Assembly (NCBI GenBank): GCA_977018835.1
Contig: OZ361258.1
Span: 4,774,001 to 4,838,000 of the forward strand
Origin: Minutocellus sp. GHC0000111
Taxonomy: Eukaryota
Length of the DNA: 64,000 bases
Reading direction: 5' to 3'
A program made the position numbers and the translations under genes. Each line of letters opens with the position of its first letter. Positions within the stretch are counted from its first letter, which is position 1. This document shows positions 47,008 to 58,850 of the stretch, one piece after another. The notes below the pieces were generated by a model. It did no database searches, had not been told where the DNA came from, and was given only the letters and a program-made list of their open reading frames with translations.

Positions 47008-47193
47008 GATTGATTGTCGATGGACTACCGCACCGGTATGGCCGCTGGTTGCTCTCACGCCTTTGCCTTCTTCATTGAAAAATGCGAGCATAAGTATTTC
47101 ATCTACTACATTGCAACGTACGTATAAAACTCCGACTCATTCGATTAATATGAATCAGTCAAGTTAGTCGAGTCGAGCCATTTCGATCCCATC

Positions 47194-47679
47194 ATTTTTG
47201 CACTGAACCAAGTGCAAACATTTGATGCGGTCTTGCAACAGCCGTTGAGGCCACGCGCGCAAATGCCAAAGGGTTGGTGGTGGCTTTGCTTTGGATGTGA
47301 TGAGCCACGTGAGCTGGACTGGGTAATTCTACTGTCGCCCTTCGTCATAACATTTATGACGACGACGAAGGCAAAACGTGTGCGATGGACGAGGATGGCC
47401 GACAGGCTGCTGCGATGGACGAATTCGATGACAATGGCAACGACGACGATGACGACAACAACAAAGGAACAGATGGCGGCAGGCGCACGTGCAAGAAGCA
47501 CCGGTGGTGGGCGCTGAGCGTCGGGATCATGTTGCTGTCCATCGCGGTTCTGGCGGGGGTGCTGGGATATTACCTGTCTGGCGCCGCTGCCGGCAACAAC
47601 AACAACGATAAGAGCAGCGGCGTCAGCAGTAGCCTAAGTGGCGCGGGCGCGGAAGCAGCAGATGGGGGGGACGACTTTC
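47194..47679 (+). repeat. Left copy of a ~490-bp direct repeat (5' part of the LRR-PhoX gene); right copy is 51518-52016
   Basis: Near-identical sequence from ATTTTTGCACTGAACC to GACGACTTTC. The right copy has an extra 15-bp duplication and a 2-bp deletion. Confidence 0.95.
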
Positions 47680-47837
47680 ACGAACTTTACCCGGGTGTTT
47701 CGGGGGGATTCCTGGGTAAAGTTTGGCTCGCATGTTTGCTGCGAGAAGACTTCAAGATTTTCCCCGCGATGCCAAGCACCAACTGAAAGCGCATCTTGGC
47801 TGCGAGCCAAAATAGAAAACAGAAGTCTTTTGACACC

Positions 47838-50195
47838 ATGGCCGCCGCTACTACTGCTGCTACCGCCGCCACGAACGCCACCGCCGGCCTTCGCCGCACG
47901 GCAGTTCTAAGGGCACCATCCGAGTTATCATCGTACAAGACCCGATTCAATGCATATCTTCAGCATATCGGTCTTCCCTTTGTCGACGACTTGACGCCCG
48001 AAGACGTCGCATCGCCCGGCGACATCGAATCAATTATGTGCTCTTGGGCCGAGTACATGTCGACGAACCCTCCGAGGTACATGAACAACCGGGACAAGCT
48101 CCTCAAGGCTGACGGCGTCGGCAACGGCTTCGGCCTCATCAAGGAGTACCTGAAGGACCGGTTCGGCCGCCACGTCGACTGGACCGACGAGACCTGGTTC
48201 ACCCTCTCCAAGGGCGCGCTCGTCAAGAAGCTGGAGAGAGACAGCGTCCGTGGCACATCTGGTGTCGACGAAGTACCCGGCAAGATCGGCATCGTTCGCC
48301 TCAACCCCGATGCTGGTGTTATTGAAGGACACGACGGTGTCAGCACCAGTCCATTTGCCGACGATGTTCCCGACATGGTCACCATCAATCGCAAGCTACT
48401 GAAAACCAGCAAGCTCGGCGACAAGCACCAGCGACGCCTTGCTCTCAACTTGACATATGCCGCCGATGGCCGGTCCGGGGAGGTGAAATATCTCAACTAC
48501 CAGGGCATGACATATGATCCCGTCGGTAATTGTGCTGCTGCTGACTGGAAGGACTTGAAGAATGGCACGACCAGGCCGACTACCTTCTGTACAGATTATG
48601 ACCGGTGGGAGACTTGTGTATTTGATGCCCTTGGTGACCACTGGAGCGTCGATGGTGGCCTCTCTCGTACCTGCAACTCCTCTGGCAATATAGGTTTTCT
48701 CCAGGCCTTTGTTGTACCGATGTGCCAGGCTCGAAGCGATTCCTGGACTTCCAAGACCCTCACCGAAACCTTGCGAGATGATCTGCCGGATTCAATACGG
48801 GACAGCATATCTGGTCGAAGCATGCGATACGGCGGCACTACCCACCTTCACGAAGATCCGTCGGTGAATCATCCAGAGCTCACGGCACGATCAGGCCACG
48901 CTCCTGCTGATAACACCAGGCACTACGTGCTATCTCGGCGGGCGATGCAACATGTGCCAATGAGGTCTCTTGCTGGCCATCCCTCTCCTCGGAAGTCCCA
49001 CCGTCCTCCTCGGCTCATTGCCATCAGCACTTTGCCTGACGACATGGCTCTTTTGGATCGGTTTGCAGACAAATTATATCCAATGACAATGCCTGATTTC
49101 AAGGCTGGAGGGAGGCTACGGCAGCTGGTACGGGAGGTGCTGGCCACCAACATTATGAATTTTTCGACGAAGCTGTCTTTTCTTGGAGTTGCAGGCCCTG
49201 CCGTTCGTCGGATGATGAATGTGGGGGACGAGCTCGGTATTGATCTGTCTCAATTGAAGGGGTGGTCAGGAAGGTGGCAGATGATTTCAAGGCCATCAAT
49301 GCACCGTATTCATCCGCTGAGGAGGAGCTTGCTACTGTGGTAGCTGAAAACAATCGTTTAGTGTCAGATTTGCGGAAGGAGATTGCCGATTTGAAGGCTT
49401 TGGCAGCAACCAACGCAAGAACAACATGTCACCTTGAGACTCAGCTACAAAAATCGGATGCAAGGGCGCTAAATGGAACATCGGTGCCATTGATTGCTTC
49501 TGGTGGTGTTGATTCGGCGGTTGCTGGTACCAGTAGACCTGCCGGTGGCACCATCCGACGAAGAGAGCCATCCCCACCGCGATCCCCTGGCCGAAACGTG
49601 CGGCAGCGCACCGCTGGAGGTTCTGGCATTATCGGCACCGCAATATCTGCCATTGCAGTGTCGCCGGTTGCCATAGCAAGGAGAATGGTTGGAGGAGCGC
49701 CACCGCTACCGACGGCTCTTCGGCCTCCACCGCTACCAACGACGGAGCAGTTGTCAACTGTCAGCAGCGCTGGGGGCAAAAAGAAGAATAAGTGGCCGCT
49801 CATGAGCGAAATAGTAATAGAATTGGCTCGATCTGGAAAGCTGAAGTCAGGGTCGTCGCATGAATCCATGCCTCCGCCGCTGGCAATACTTCCCAGGGCT
49901 TTTGATCGCAATGAAAAGACAAAATATAAGTTGGCAATGCGTGTGGTTGATGCAGCTGTCACAAGATCAGGATGATGTGTTTAGAGCAGCCGAGATCGAT
50001 GAGGCCGAACTAGTGGCAAAAGGAAAGGCTTTAGATCTTGAAGTCCGTCGGTGGTTGGCAAGCAAGATGAATGAGAATCTCACCAAAAGCAGGTTGACAG
50101 CGCAGGTGCTAGGAGTGGGAGCGAATGCCCAGAAATTACCAGACAATGCATGGCCGAGGTCCAATGGGGGTCTTTTGGGGATGTTTCGTAAATAA
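47838..50195 (+). CDS. Tyrosine recombinase with coiled-coil and C-terminal domains (~786 aa reconstructed; frameshifts near 49269 and 49965)
   Basis: GRSGE (R 48471), LKNG (K 48558), SGRSMR (R 48825), RSGH (H 48897) and RHYV (Y 48924). The second copy shows the unbroken frame. Confidence 0.82.
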
Positions 50196-50376
50196 GTAAT
50201 CATTCATTACCAACACATGTAGCAAACATGAAGTTACCGGTAGTTACATGTAGACTCGCCGAGCAGAGATGCTTTTATCATTTCGCTCCCTTTTCCTTCT
50301 TTTTCCTTCTTTCTCCTCTTTTTCTTTCCGCGGGTAAAGTTTGCCCTGCGGGTAAACTTGGGAATTATTTTATTTT

Positions 50377-51517
50377 GGACGAGCTCGGTATTGATCTGTC
50401 TCAATTGAAGGGGTGGTCAAGGAAGGTGGCAGATGATTTCAAGGCCATCAATGCACCGTATTCATCCGCTGAGGAGGAGCTTGCTACTGTGGTAGCTGAA
50501 AACAATCGTTTAGTGTCAGATTTGCGGAAGGAGATTGCCGATTTGAAGGCTTTGGCAGCAACCAACGCAAGAACAACATGTCACCTTGAGACTCAGCTAC
50601 AAAAATCGGATGCAAGGGCGCTAAATGGAACATCGGTGCCATTGATTGCTTCTGGTGGTGTTGATTCGGCGGTTGCTGGTACCAGTAGACCTGCCGGTGG
50701 CACCATCCGACGAAGAGAGCCATCCCCACCGCGATCCCCTGGCCGAAACGTGCGGCAGCGCACCGCTGGAGGTTCTGGCATCATCGGCACCGCAATATCT
50801 GCCATTGCAGTGTCGCCGGTTGCCATAGCAAGGAGAATGGTTGGAGGAGCGCCACCGCTACCGACGGCTCTTCGGCCTCCACCGCTACCAACGACGGAGC
50901 AGTTGTCAACTGTCAGCAGCGCTGGGGGCAAAAAGAAGAATAAGTGGCCGCTCATGAGCGAAACAGCAATAGAATTGGCTCGATCTGGAAAGCTGAAGTC
51001 AGGGTCGTCGCATGAATCCATGCCTCCGCCGCTGGCAATGCTTCCCAGGGCTTTTGATCGCAATGAAAAGACAAAACATAAGTTGGCAATGCGTGTGGTT
51101 GATGCAGCTGTCACAAAAGATCAGGATGATGTGTTTAGAGCAGCCGAGATCGATGAGGCCGAACTAGTGGCAAAAGGAAAGGCTTTAGATCTTGAAGTCC
51201 GTCGGTGGTTGGCAAGCAAGATGAATGAGAATCTCACCAAAAGCAGGTTGACAGCGCAGGTGCTAGGAGTGGGAGCGAATGCCCAGAAATTACCAGACAA
51301 TGCATGGCCGAGGTCCAATGGGGGTCTTTTGGGGATGTTTCGTAAATAAGTAATCATTCATTACCAACACATGTAGCAAACATGAAGTTACCGGTAGTGA
51401 CATGTAGACTCGCCGAGCAGAGATGCTTTTATCATTTCGCTCCCTTTTCCTTCTTTTTCCTTCTTTCTCCTCTTTTTCTTTCCGCGGGTAAAGTTTGCCC
51501 TGCGGGTAAACTTGGGA
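50377..51517 (+). repeat. Second copy of the element's 3' half (duplicate of ~49226-50366)
   Basis: Near-identical sequence offset by 1151-1154, joined by ATTTTATTTT filler at 50367-50376. Confidence 0.95.
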
Positions 51518-51721
51518 ATTTTTGCACTGAACCAAGTGCAAACATTTGATGCGGTCTTGCAACAGCCGTTGAGGCCACGCGCAAATGCCGAAGGGTTGGT
51601 GGTGGCTTTGCTTTGGATGTGATGAGCCACGTGAGCTGGACTGGGTAATTCTACTGTGGGTAATTCTACTGTCGCCCTTCGTCATAACATTTATGACGAC
51701 GACGAAGGCAAAAAGTATGCG

Positions 51722-54215
51722 ATGGACGAGGATGGCCGACAGGCTGCTGCGATGGACGAATTCGATGACAATGGCAACGACGACGACGACGATAATAACA
51801 AAGGAACAGATGGCGGCAGGCGCACGTGCAAGAAGCACCGGTGGTGGGCGCTGAGCGTCGGGATCATATTGCTGTCCATCGCGGTTCTGGCGGGGGTGCT
51901 GGGATATTACCTGTCTGGCGCCGCTGCCGGCAACAACAACAACGATAAGAGCAGCGGCGTCAGCAGTAGCCTAAGTGGCGCGGGCGCGGAAGCAGCAGAT
52001 GGGGGGGACGACTTTCCGGGCGCCCAAATCGACGACTTTCCCGGCGCCTCCTCGGCCACCGATGCAGCAGGAACGTCACCTACAACGAAAATGACGGCAC
52101 CTCCAACTCCCAATCCAACCGCCCTGCCGACGGTCCCCCCGCCCACGCTGCCCCCCACCTCTCCGTTGCGGCCCCGTCTCGTCTCGGCCATTGCAGCGCT
52201 GATGCCTGCGTCGTCAACATCAACAGCAACAACTACCGGTACTACCACAGACACTGCTGATGCCAACATGTTCGACCCCGCAATATCCCGCGGTCGAGCG
52301 GTCGACTGGCTGCTCGACTACTTGTCGCAGGAAAACAAGGAATGGATGCTGGATCTGCAGCGACAAACCACCGCCGGGGAGGAATTTTACTTGCCCCTCC
52401 CGATGGAGCTGCGGCAGCGGTATGCCATGGGAGTCCTGTATTATGAGGGCGGGCCCCATCTTGGTTTGGAGGACGATCGGGATGGAAATGAGGATGATGC
52501 CAGCGCCGAACCCGACCACAACTACTGCACCTGGCGGGGCATCACGTGCACCACCTCGACATCCAACCTCGTCGCCGAAATCGATTGGGAAGGAGTGAAC
52601 TACCGCGGCACGATCCCCCCCGAGATCGGCAGTATGCTGTCCACCACCCTCCGCCGGCTCGGCATGGGGACCAATCAACTATCGGGCACCCTCCCCACCG
52701 AACTGGGGGCGCTCGCTCAACTGCAGTATTTGCACAGATGCAGGACTGTCCCATCAAGTGGCTCGAGTTGGGACGCAATCGGCTGGTCGGGACCATCCCC
52801 ACCTGGCTCGGGTCGATGGAGACGCTGCAGACCGTGCAGGTCGACGACAATCTGTTGACGGGCGAGGTGCCCGACGAACTGACCCGATTGGACGGCCTGT
52901 CCCGTCTCAAGGTGACGGGCAACCCTGGCATCCTGCCGTGGACCTCCCTGCCGTGCTGCTTTCCGGTTTGGAGGTGTCCGATCTCGACGTGGCCAGGGCC
53001 GTGGGTGATGGCAACCCCACCAATGAGGTCGATGGACGGCTTCCCGTGTTGCAGGCGGGCATCCCGTCGGAATTCGTGGGCGGTGCCCCCACGTACCGTC
53101 CTGGACATCTGACCAAGGTCAAGAACGGCATCCTCCTGTCGGAGGGGTTGGACGTGGAGATAGTGGCCTACTCGGACCAACCCGTGCGGTTGGCGGATGG
53201 TACGGAGACGACGGAGGTGTTCCACAGCCGACCCGATGCAGGGCATGCCTTTCCCAGTCCCAGCGGTGACGGTTCGTGGGCGTACGTGAGCAACTCCGAG
53301 GCCATTTCCGACGGTGGCGTCGGCGCGTTGTACTTTGATGCCCAGCACAGAGTGACGGGCTACAAGCGCATCCTCAGTGGTACGGAACGCAACTGTGGCG
53401 GCGGTGCCACTCCTTGGGGCACGTGGATCTCGTGCGAGGAGCCCTGGCGGCGGTATAACTTCCGAAAGGGGCAGGTGTTTGAGGTCGATCCTTGGGGAGA
53501 CGAGGGCAACGGCCGTCGCACGGTCCTTGGTGCGGAAGGTGGACAGTATGAGTCCTTTGCGTACGACGTTCGAGATCGTTCCAACCCGTCCTTCTTTTAC
53601 ACTGAAGATCATGAAGAGGGTCCGGTCCGCCGATTCCGTCCCGATGCTAATCAGATCGACTGGGAGGATCCTACCAATATGCTGCATGGCGATGGAACGA
53701 TCGACTACCTGGTGTTGCTTGATAACGGCAGCTTCTACTGGTCTACCAACAAGTCCGACGGAGCAAATACCGCCAGTCGATACTTCCCCAACACAGAGGG
53801 CATCGACTGCAAGGACGGACATGTTTACTTTGTGACAAAATTAAATTAAATGATGTACCATCTCGACCTCGACGCGGGGACGTGGACTCGGTCAACTACC
53901 CAACGGGGCAAGTTTGATGGCGAGCCTGATCAGATTGCTCGCATTCTGGGCGATTCCAATGAAATCCTCTATATGACCGAGGAGGAGGACGGGTCGATGC
54001 CTGGAATTCATGCACGAGATCGCAATGGCAACAGTTTCACCGTCCTCGAGAGTCCATTGTATGTCGAAGAGAGTACCGGAGTTGCCTTCTCCCCGGACGG
54101 CAAGTCGTTATTGGTTGCCTATCAGAAGAATGGCATCCGCTTGCGGGCCTGGAGAGAAGATGGCAAGTCTTTTTCGGGTGCCGTAATTGACATCAAATAC
54201 CATACGTATGGTTAA
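51722..54215 (+). pseudogene. phoX: TM anchor + Pro/Thr stalk + LRR + PhoX (DUF839) alkaline phosphatase; frameshifts near 52735 and 52935, in-frame TAA at 53847
   Basis: LRR motifs GTIPPEIG, NQLSGTLPTELG and NRLVGTIP. PhoX motifs PDAG, YVSNSE, NCGGGATPWGTWISCEE, NTEGI, PDQI and ESTGVAFSPDG. Confidence 0.85.
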
Positions 54216-54318
54216 AAAGATGTCATCATATAAGCACAATTGAAAGCAATTTTCTCTTATACTGTAGACCTCTACTTCTTGGCGTCTATCTATTCATCTA
54301 GCTTTTGTCCGTCTAATT

Positions 54319-55507
54319 CTACCAAGCGGACCAAGCGGCCGGGACCTCCTTCGCTGTTCTTCCGCAGCATCCAACTTCTCTCACCATCTTGGGCTGACTG
54401 CACCCAACAGTGAGCGCCAAGCCCATGTCGTTCCCCTCGAACTTACCACTGAGCTCGACCTTGCCGGTCAATTCGAATCCTGCAACGTGGCCGTATCCAC
54501 CGGGGCGGGAAACGCACGTGTGATTGTGCCCATGGATACCCGCAATATCGGGCTTGATTGTATAGACAGGACAAGAGTCGTCCTTCACGGCAAAGCCAAA
54601 ATCGCCCAGCTCCACATTGTCGAGCTCCACGTTGGTAAATGCGATTCCACCATCGGGCGATTCGTCATAGACGTGAATGTTGATCGAGTCCCACTTCCCG
54701 GCCCCGCAGTCAACGATGAACTCATCCACCATGTGGACAGTCGATCCTGTTCCATATCTCTGGACTTCCATTGTAGCCGTGTCCACTCCGTCGTAGCTTA
54801 CCATCACATCAAAGGTTTGAGGTGTTGACCAACTGGGGATGGTCACCCCTTTACTGAAAAAGAAATCATAGTCCTTCTGATGCGGATCCCCAAGGGCCGG
54901 GAAGAAGCTGATTTCTCGATTCGCCTTTTCGTTGTCCTCGTAACCGTGCAACTCCAATCCAAAGCCTTTGCCATTGGTATCCAAGCAGCATTGTGCATTC
55001 TCCACAGTTGGCTTGACTATCTCGTTGGGATCGCCCTTCTTGAGGAAGCAATATCCCAGACACTGATTGAAGGAAGTGCCTTCATAATGCAACGGATATT
55101 CTTTGGGGTAGTTCTTATCGTTGTTGTCATGTTCCAAACAATTGTTGCACATGTTGACCAGAGAGCTGTTGGCAAATCGATAGTCGTCCAGTACAATCTC
55201 GTTCGTCGGGTAGTTGCAATATCCGCCCTCCTCCAATAGCGTGTTGTCGCATCCCAAATCACGGTAGTAGCAGTAGCACGCATCCCGGGCCTGGCGCTTC
55301 AACGTGGCCCTCTTGGGCAGATCCTGGTCGAAAATGTCGCATATCATCTTTTCGATGGGAGCGTTGGGAAATCCGCCATTGTCGGGACAGGACGGGCTGA
55401 CCAGTTCGGCGGTGAATTCGCAGCAGAATTCGGCCATGTGCGAATGATGATGCGTCTTCCACCCGTCCCAGAATGGGTCGTAGTGCCAGAAATCGTCCGT
55501 CAGATAT
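54319..55507 (-). CDS. Last exon of a Cys-rich, probably secreted protein; upstream exons missing
   Basis: Frame open up to 55507, preceded on the minus strand by CTAAC...CCCCAAAAACAG (branch point and acceptor). Confidence 0.65.
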
Positions 55508-55595
55508 CTGTTTTTGGGGGGTTGGAATGGGAGTATGTGAAAATTGGTTGGGTTAGAAAAGATCTTGACTCGCCAAAATCAAAAGTAGCACATAA

Positions 55596-57757
55596 CTTTT
55601 TATTGAAGTATACACCAAGGCTGGTTCATTTCGGGGCAGCGAGTATGAAGAATCTGCCTGGGAGAAGATTTGCTGCACTCGACCGATCTCATCTGGAGGC
55701 ATAGCCAAACGAACTTTTATTCCCAAAGATGCCTTTTACCGGAGCGTTCCCATCGAGGCGGGCCGGTCACAGGCGTTTTACATTACTGCAACAGAGCCCG
55801 TGATTCGTTATACGAAGGGAAAGGGCCAGGTTGGGGACATTGTCAATGGCAATCTTGACATTCAGGTCTTGGCAGGAAGTGGCGTCGGGTTTTACCCTTT
55901 TGGTCAGCATGCTCAAAATCGAGTTTTCAACGGGGCTGTTCATTACGAAACATTTGACATTGAAAGGCAAACCGCCGAAGAACCGGCGAGTAGTAATTAT
56001 GCTACGCCACTTGCTGAGCCGACACTATGGCCGACTGGGTCGGTACCAACACCAATGCCATCGTCCGTCAAGACATTACAAACTAGCTCCTTCGCCGGAA
56101 ATGTAGGCTCGTATGGCATTCAATTTGATGTGTTATCTCTGAAGGCCACGACGATCAAGTCACTGTCGTTTCACACAGATCGAACCACCCTCACCTCGGT
56201 ACAAGTATACTTCCGAAGAGGTTCGTATGTGGGCGTCGAGCGTGATGCGTCAGCCTGGAAGCTCATTTGCGATACCCAAGTGCTTGAAAGGGTCTATATG
56301 AATTTGACACCCATACGGGAGAAATCATTTCGATCGCAAACAATCGATGCAGCAGAGACTGTAGCCTTGTATGTGACCCTTTCTTCTCCAAATTTGAGGT
56401 ACTCGAAGGCGGATCTTGGCGTCACTGCTGGTGGGGATAATGACGACCTTTACATCTACCCAGGATCTGGGGTGGGGGGCTTTCCCTTCGGCCCTACAAT
56501 AGCGCCTCGACTGTTTGATGGATTGCTCAAGTATGAGGTAATCGAAAGGCCTACTCCTGCGCCTACGTTGCAACCGACAGTGTCAATTCCGGCTGACATT
56601 ACAACAAATGAACAGGAGATCATCATGACCATGTCATCTGGCAATGGAGGATATGGTGCTATGTTTGATGTTACAGCCAAACCAGGCCGTACACTCGTTG
56701 TCAGAACTTTGGACATTCATACAGACACGCTCTCAGATGTTCAGGTGGAAGTGTATGTTGTAAACGGAGCTTATGCTCCCCATTCCTACGATTCTGAAGC
56801 TTGGTCGCTGATCTGCAAAACTACTGTCCGCAGCGATGGAAACTTCCAGCGAACGAGGCTCCCAGAAAGAGATTTCGCCAAAATTGCAATCCCTGGGGGG
56901 GAAACTCGAGGGTTTTACGTTTCTCTCAGTTCCAAGAATCTCCGATATAGTGATGTCTTGGCTGTTGGTGGGAGGCGGAGGCTTCGAGGGCGTGGAGGAG
57001 ATGACGAAGCAGAAGATATCAGCGTAGGGTCGGTCTTTGCCGAAAGTCGGGATGTCCAACTCAAGGTTGGAGCTGGCTTGGCCCTTGATAGTTGGAGTGG
57101 CCTTTACGAGCCAAGGGTTTTCAATGGGGGGCTCGTATTCACTTGCATTGGTGATGATTGTGAGGAGGAAAAGGAAGGCGCCACCTCTCGTCCTACAAGA
57201 CAGCCAGTCAGTCTGCCCCCAACCTCCTTAGCCCCTACAGCCTATCCGACGCCGTTTCCGTCAATCAAACCCACGCCAGCTCCCAAACATGTGTTGATGA
57301 CAACGATGGCAGGTGGATCTGGAGCATGTGGCAACATTTTTGATGTAAAAAAGTTTGACAATGTGACAGGCATTGAAATCACATCGATTGATGTGTACAC
57401 AGATCGAAAATACCACATTGAAGTGGAGGTCTGGACCCGAGTTGGAACCGCACTGGGCAAAATACCATTCCCGGATCCATCCTGGACATTGAGAGCGAGT
57501 TCACACCGTTGCCACAGAGTGACTTTGTGCCGGTACAGCTCTTGGAGAGTGTGCCGATGCGAGGATTCGTAGTTTTTGCGCTTACGCCTGACATTCGATA
57601 CACACCAAATCAGGACAGGACATATGATACCCTTGCTTCTGATTCGAATATTCAAATATCCGACGGCGACGGAATTACGAGCTGCCCTTTCCGAGGGCCT
57701 GTGGAAGGAGCATCCATCCCCCACCGTCTATTCAATGGACAAATCCACTGTGAGTGA
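55596..57757 (+). pseudogene. 5'-truncated extracellular repeat protein (four beta-rich domains, PT linkers); frameshift near 57505
   Basis: Repeated GxxFDV...HTD...VEVY..GSY...W.LIC...PR.F.G units. Frame open from 55596, mid-repeat, with no start ATG. Confidence 0.75.
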
Positions 57758-58154
57758 CTTGTGGGGATGCCTTTTGAAGAGTTTGTCGATGCTCTGCTTA
57801 CTCTAGCTTAGTGTTGCAATTATGTTGCGAAGCACTCACGTTTCCCAAATTTTCTTTTTTTTTTGTGTCCCTTTCATCAATCATTAGATACTGTCCTTTC
57901 GTAGCTAGAGGTTGCTATCTACGTAGCTAAGGTAGCTAATTTGATGATTCGATTCGGTGTGTATCAATGTGCATCCGAGGGAAGCTGTGCGCCGCATCGA
58001 AGTTTGCTGTGCGCTCATTCCAAGGTAACAACGCCAAATAGACAGTCCAAACGTATGCGTAGAGTTTTTAATCATCACTCTACCTACATCCACAAAACCC
58101 ATTTTTTACATTAGTTCTCGAAGGCCGTCGACATCTACTACCGGCTAGCCGGTA

Positions 58155-58850
58155 AGGCCACTAAAACCAACGCCAACGCCTCGCCAGGAATCCTGGATTT
58201 TGCCGCATTTTTTGCCGAAATTTACCCGCCGGAGCAGCATTAGTGAGAATGGAGCACCAGGGCGTAGTCCAGAACTCCGTCCAAGCGCTTATATCATTCC
58301 ATGTGTGCTGTCAGATAACGAAAGCAAATGAAATGATTGATCATGCTCATAAGGCGAGATTTGAACCCTTCCAACCTGCCGAGAAATCCAGATTTCGCCC
58401 CCCTCGACCCCGACCAGCCACAATAGGCTCCCTTGCGCAAAAAGTAGCAAAGGAAACCTCGACCTAAGCCTAACGAAGCTTAGTTGTATCACAAATAACA
58501 AAGGGATGCCCTCCCGTGTTGCTATTTGTACTTGCTTGCTGTGGTTTTAATATCATCGCATCGCCGAGGTCCTCAATTTTTTTCGCCCACGACCTCCGGG
58601 GGCCGAAATACATGTAGCGAGAATTGGTGGCCAAGCCATGATCCAAACCTCGGTCAAAGCGCTCATGTCATCCTTTGGATATATCAGTAGGGAACGGAAG
58701 TAAATGGAGCGAGAGATCTACTCCAGAAGGTGAGAAATTCAAACCCCTCCAAGCCTATCCAGAATCTTAAAAAAATACGTCGGCGACTCTGGGAGCTGAA
58801 ATAGTGAGAATTGGTGGCCAAGCCATGATCCAAACCTCGGTCAAAGCGCT
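58155..58850. mobile_element. Probable DNA-transposon end with 187-bp subterminal repeats (longer copy at ~62090-63420)
   Basis: Non-coding. Unit GAGAATTGGTGGCCAAGCCATGATCCAAACCTCGGTCAAAGCGCT at 58619/58806 and 62554/62741, with a diverged unit near 63145. Begins TAAGGCCACTAAAACC. Confidence 0.45.

Larger units (their letters stand above)
47680..51517 (+). mobile_element. Tyrosine-recombinase (Crypton-like) element with a duplicated 3' half
   Basis: YR ORF; (C)GGGTAAA(G/C)TT end motifs in inverted and direct arrangement; interrupts a host gene copy. Confidence 0.8.

Noticed and set aside
47680..51517. DIRS/Ngaro retrotransposon or LTR element (flanking repeats as LTRs)
   Set aside because: No RT, RNase H or gag; the repeats are host gene sequence without TG...CA ends.
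22155..53849. Stop-codon reassignment or selenocysteine as the cause of in-frame stops
   Set aside because: TAG, TGA and TAA all occur internally, all three also end intact genes, and frameshifts co-occur, which fits decay or error.
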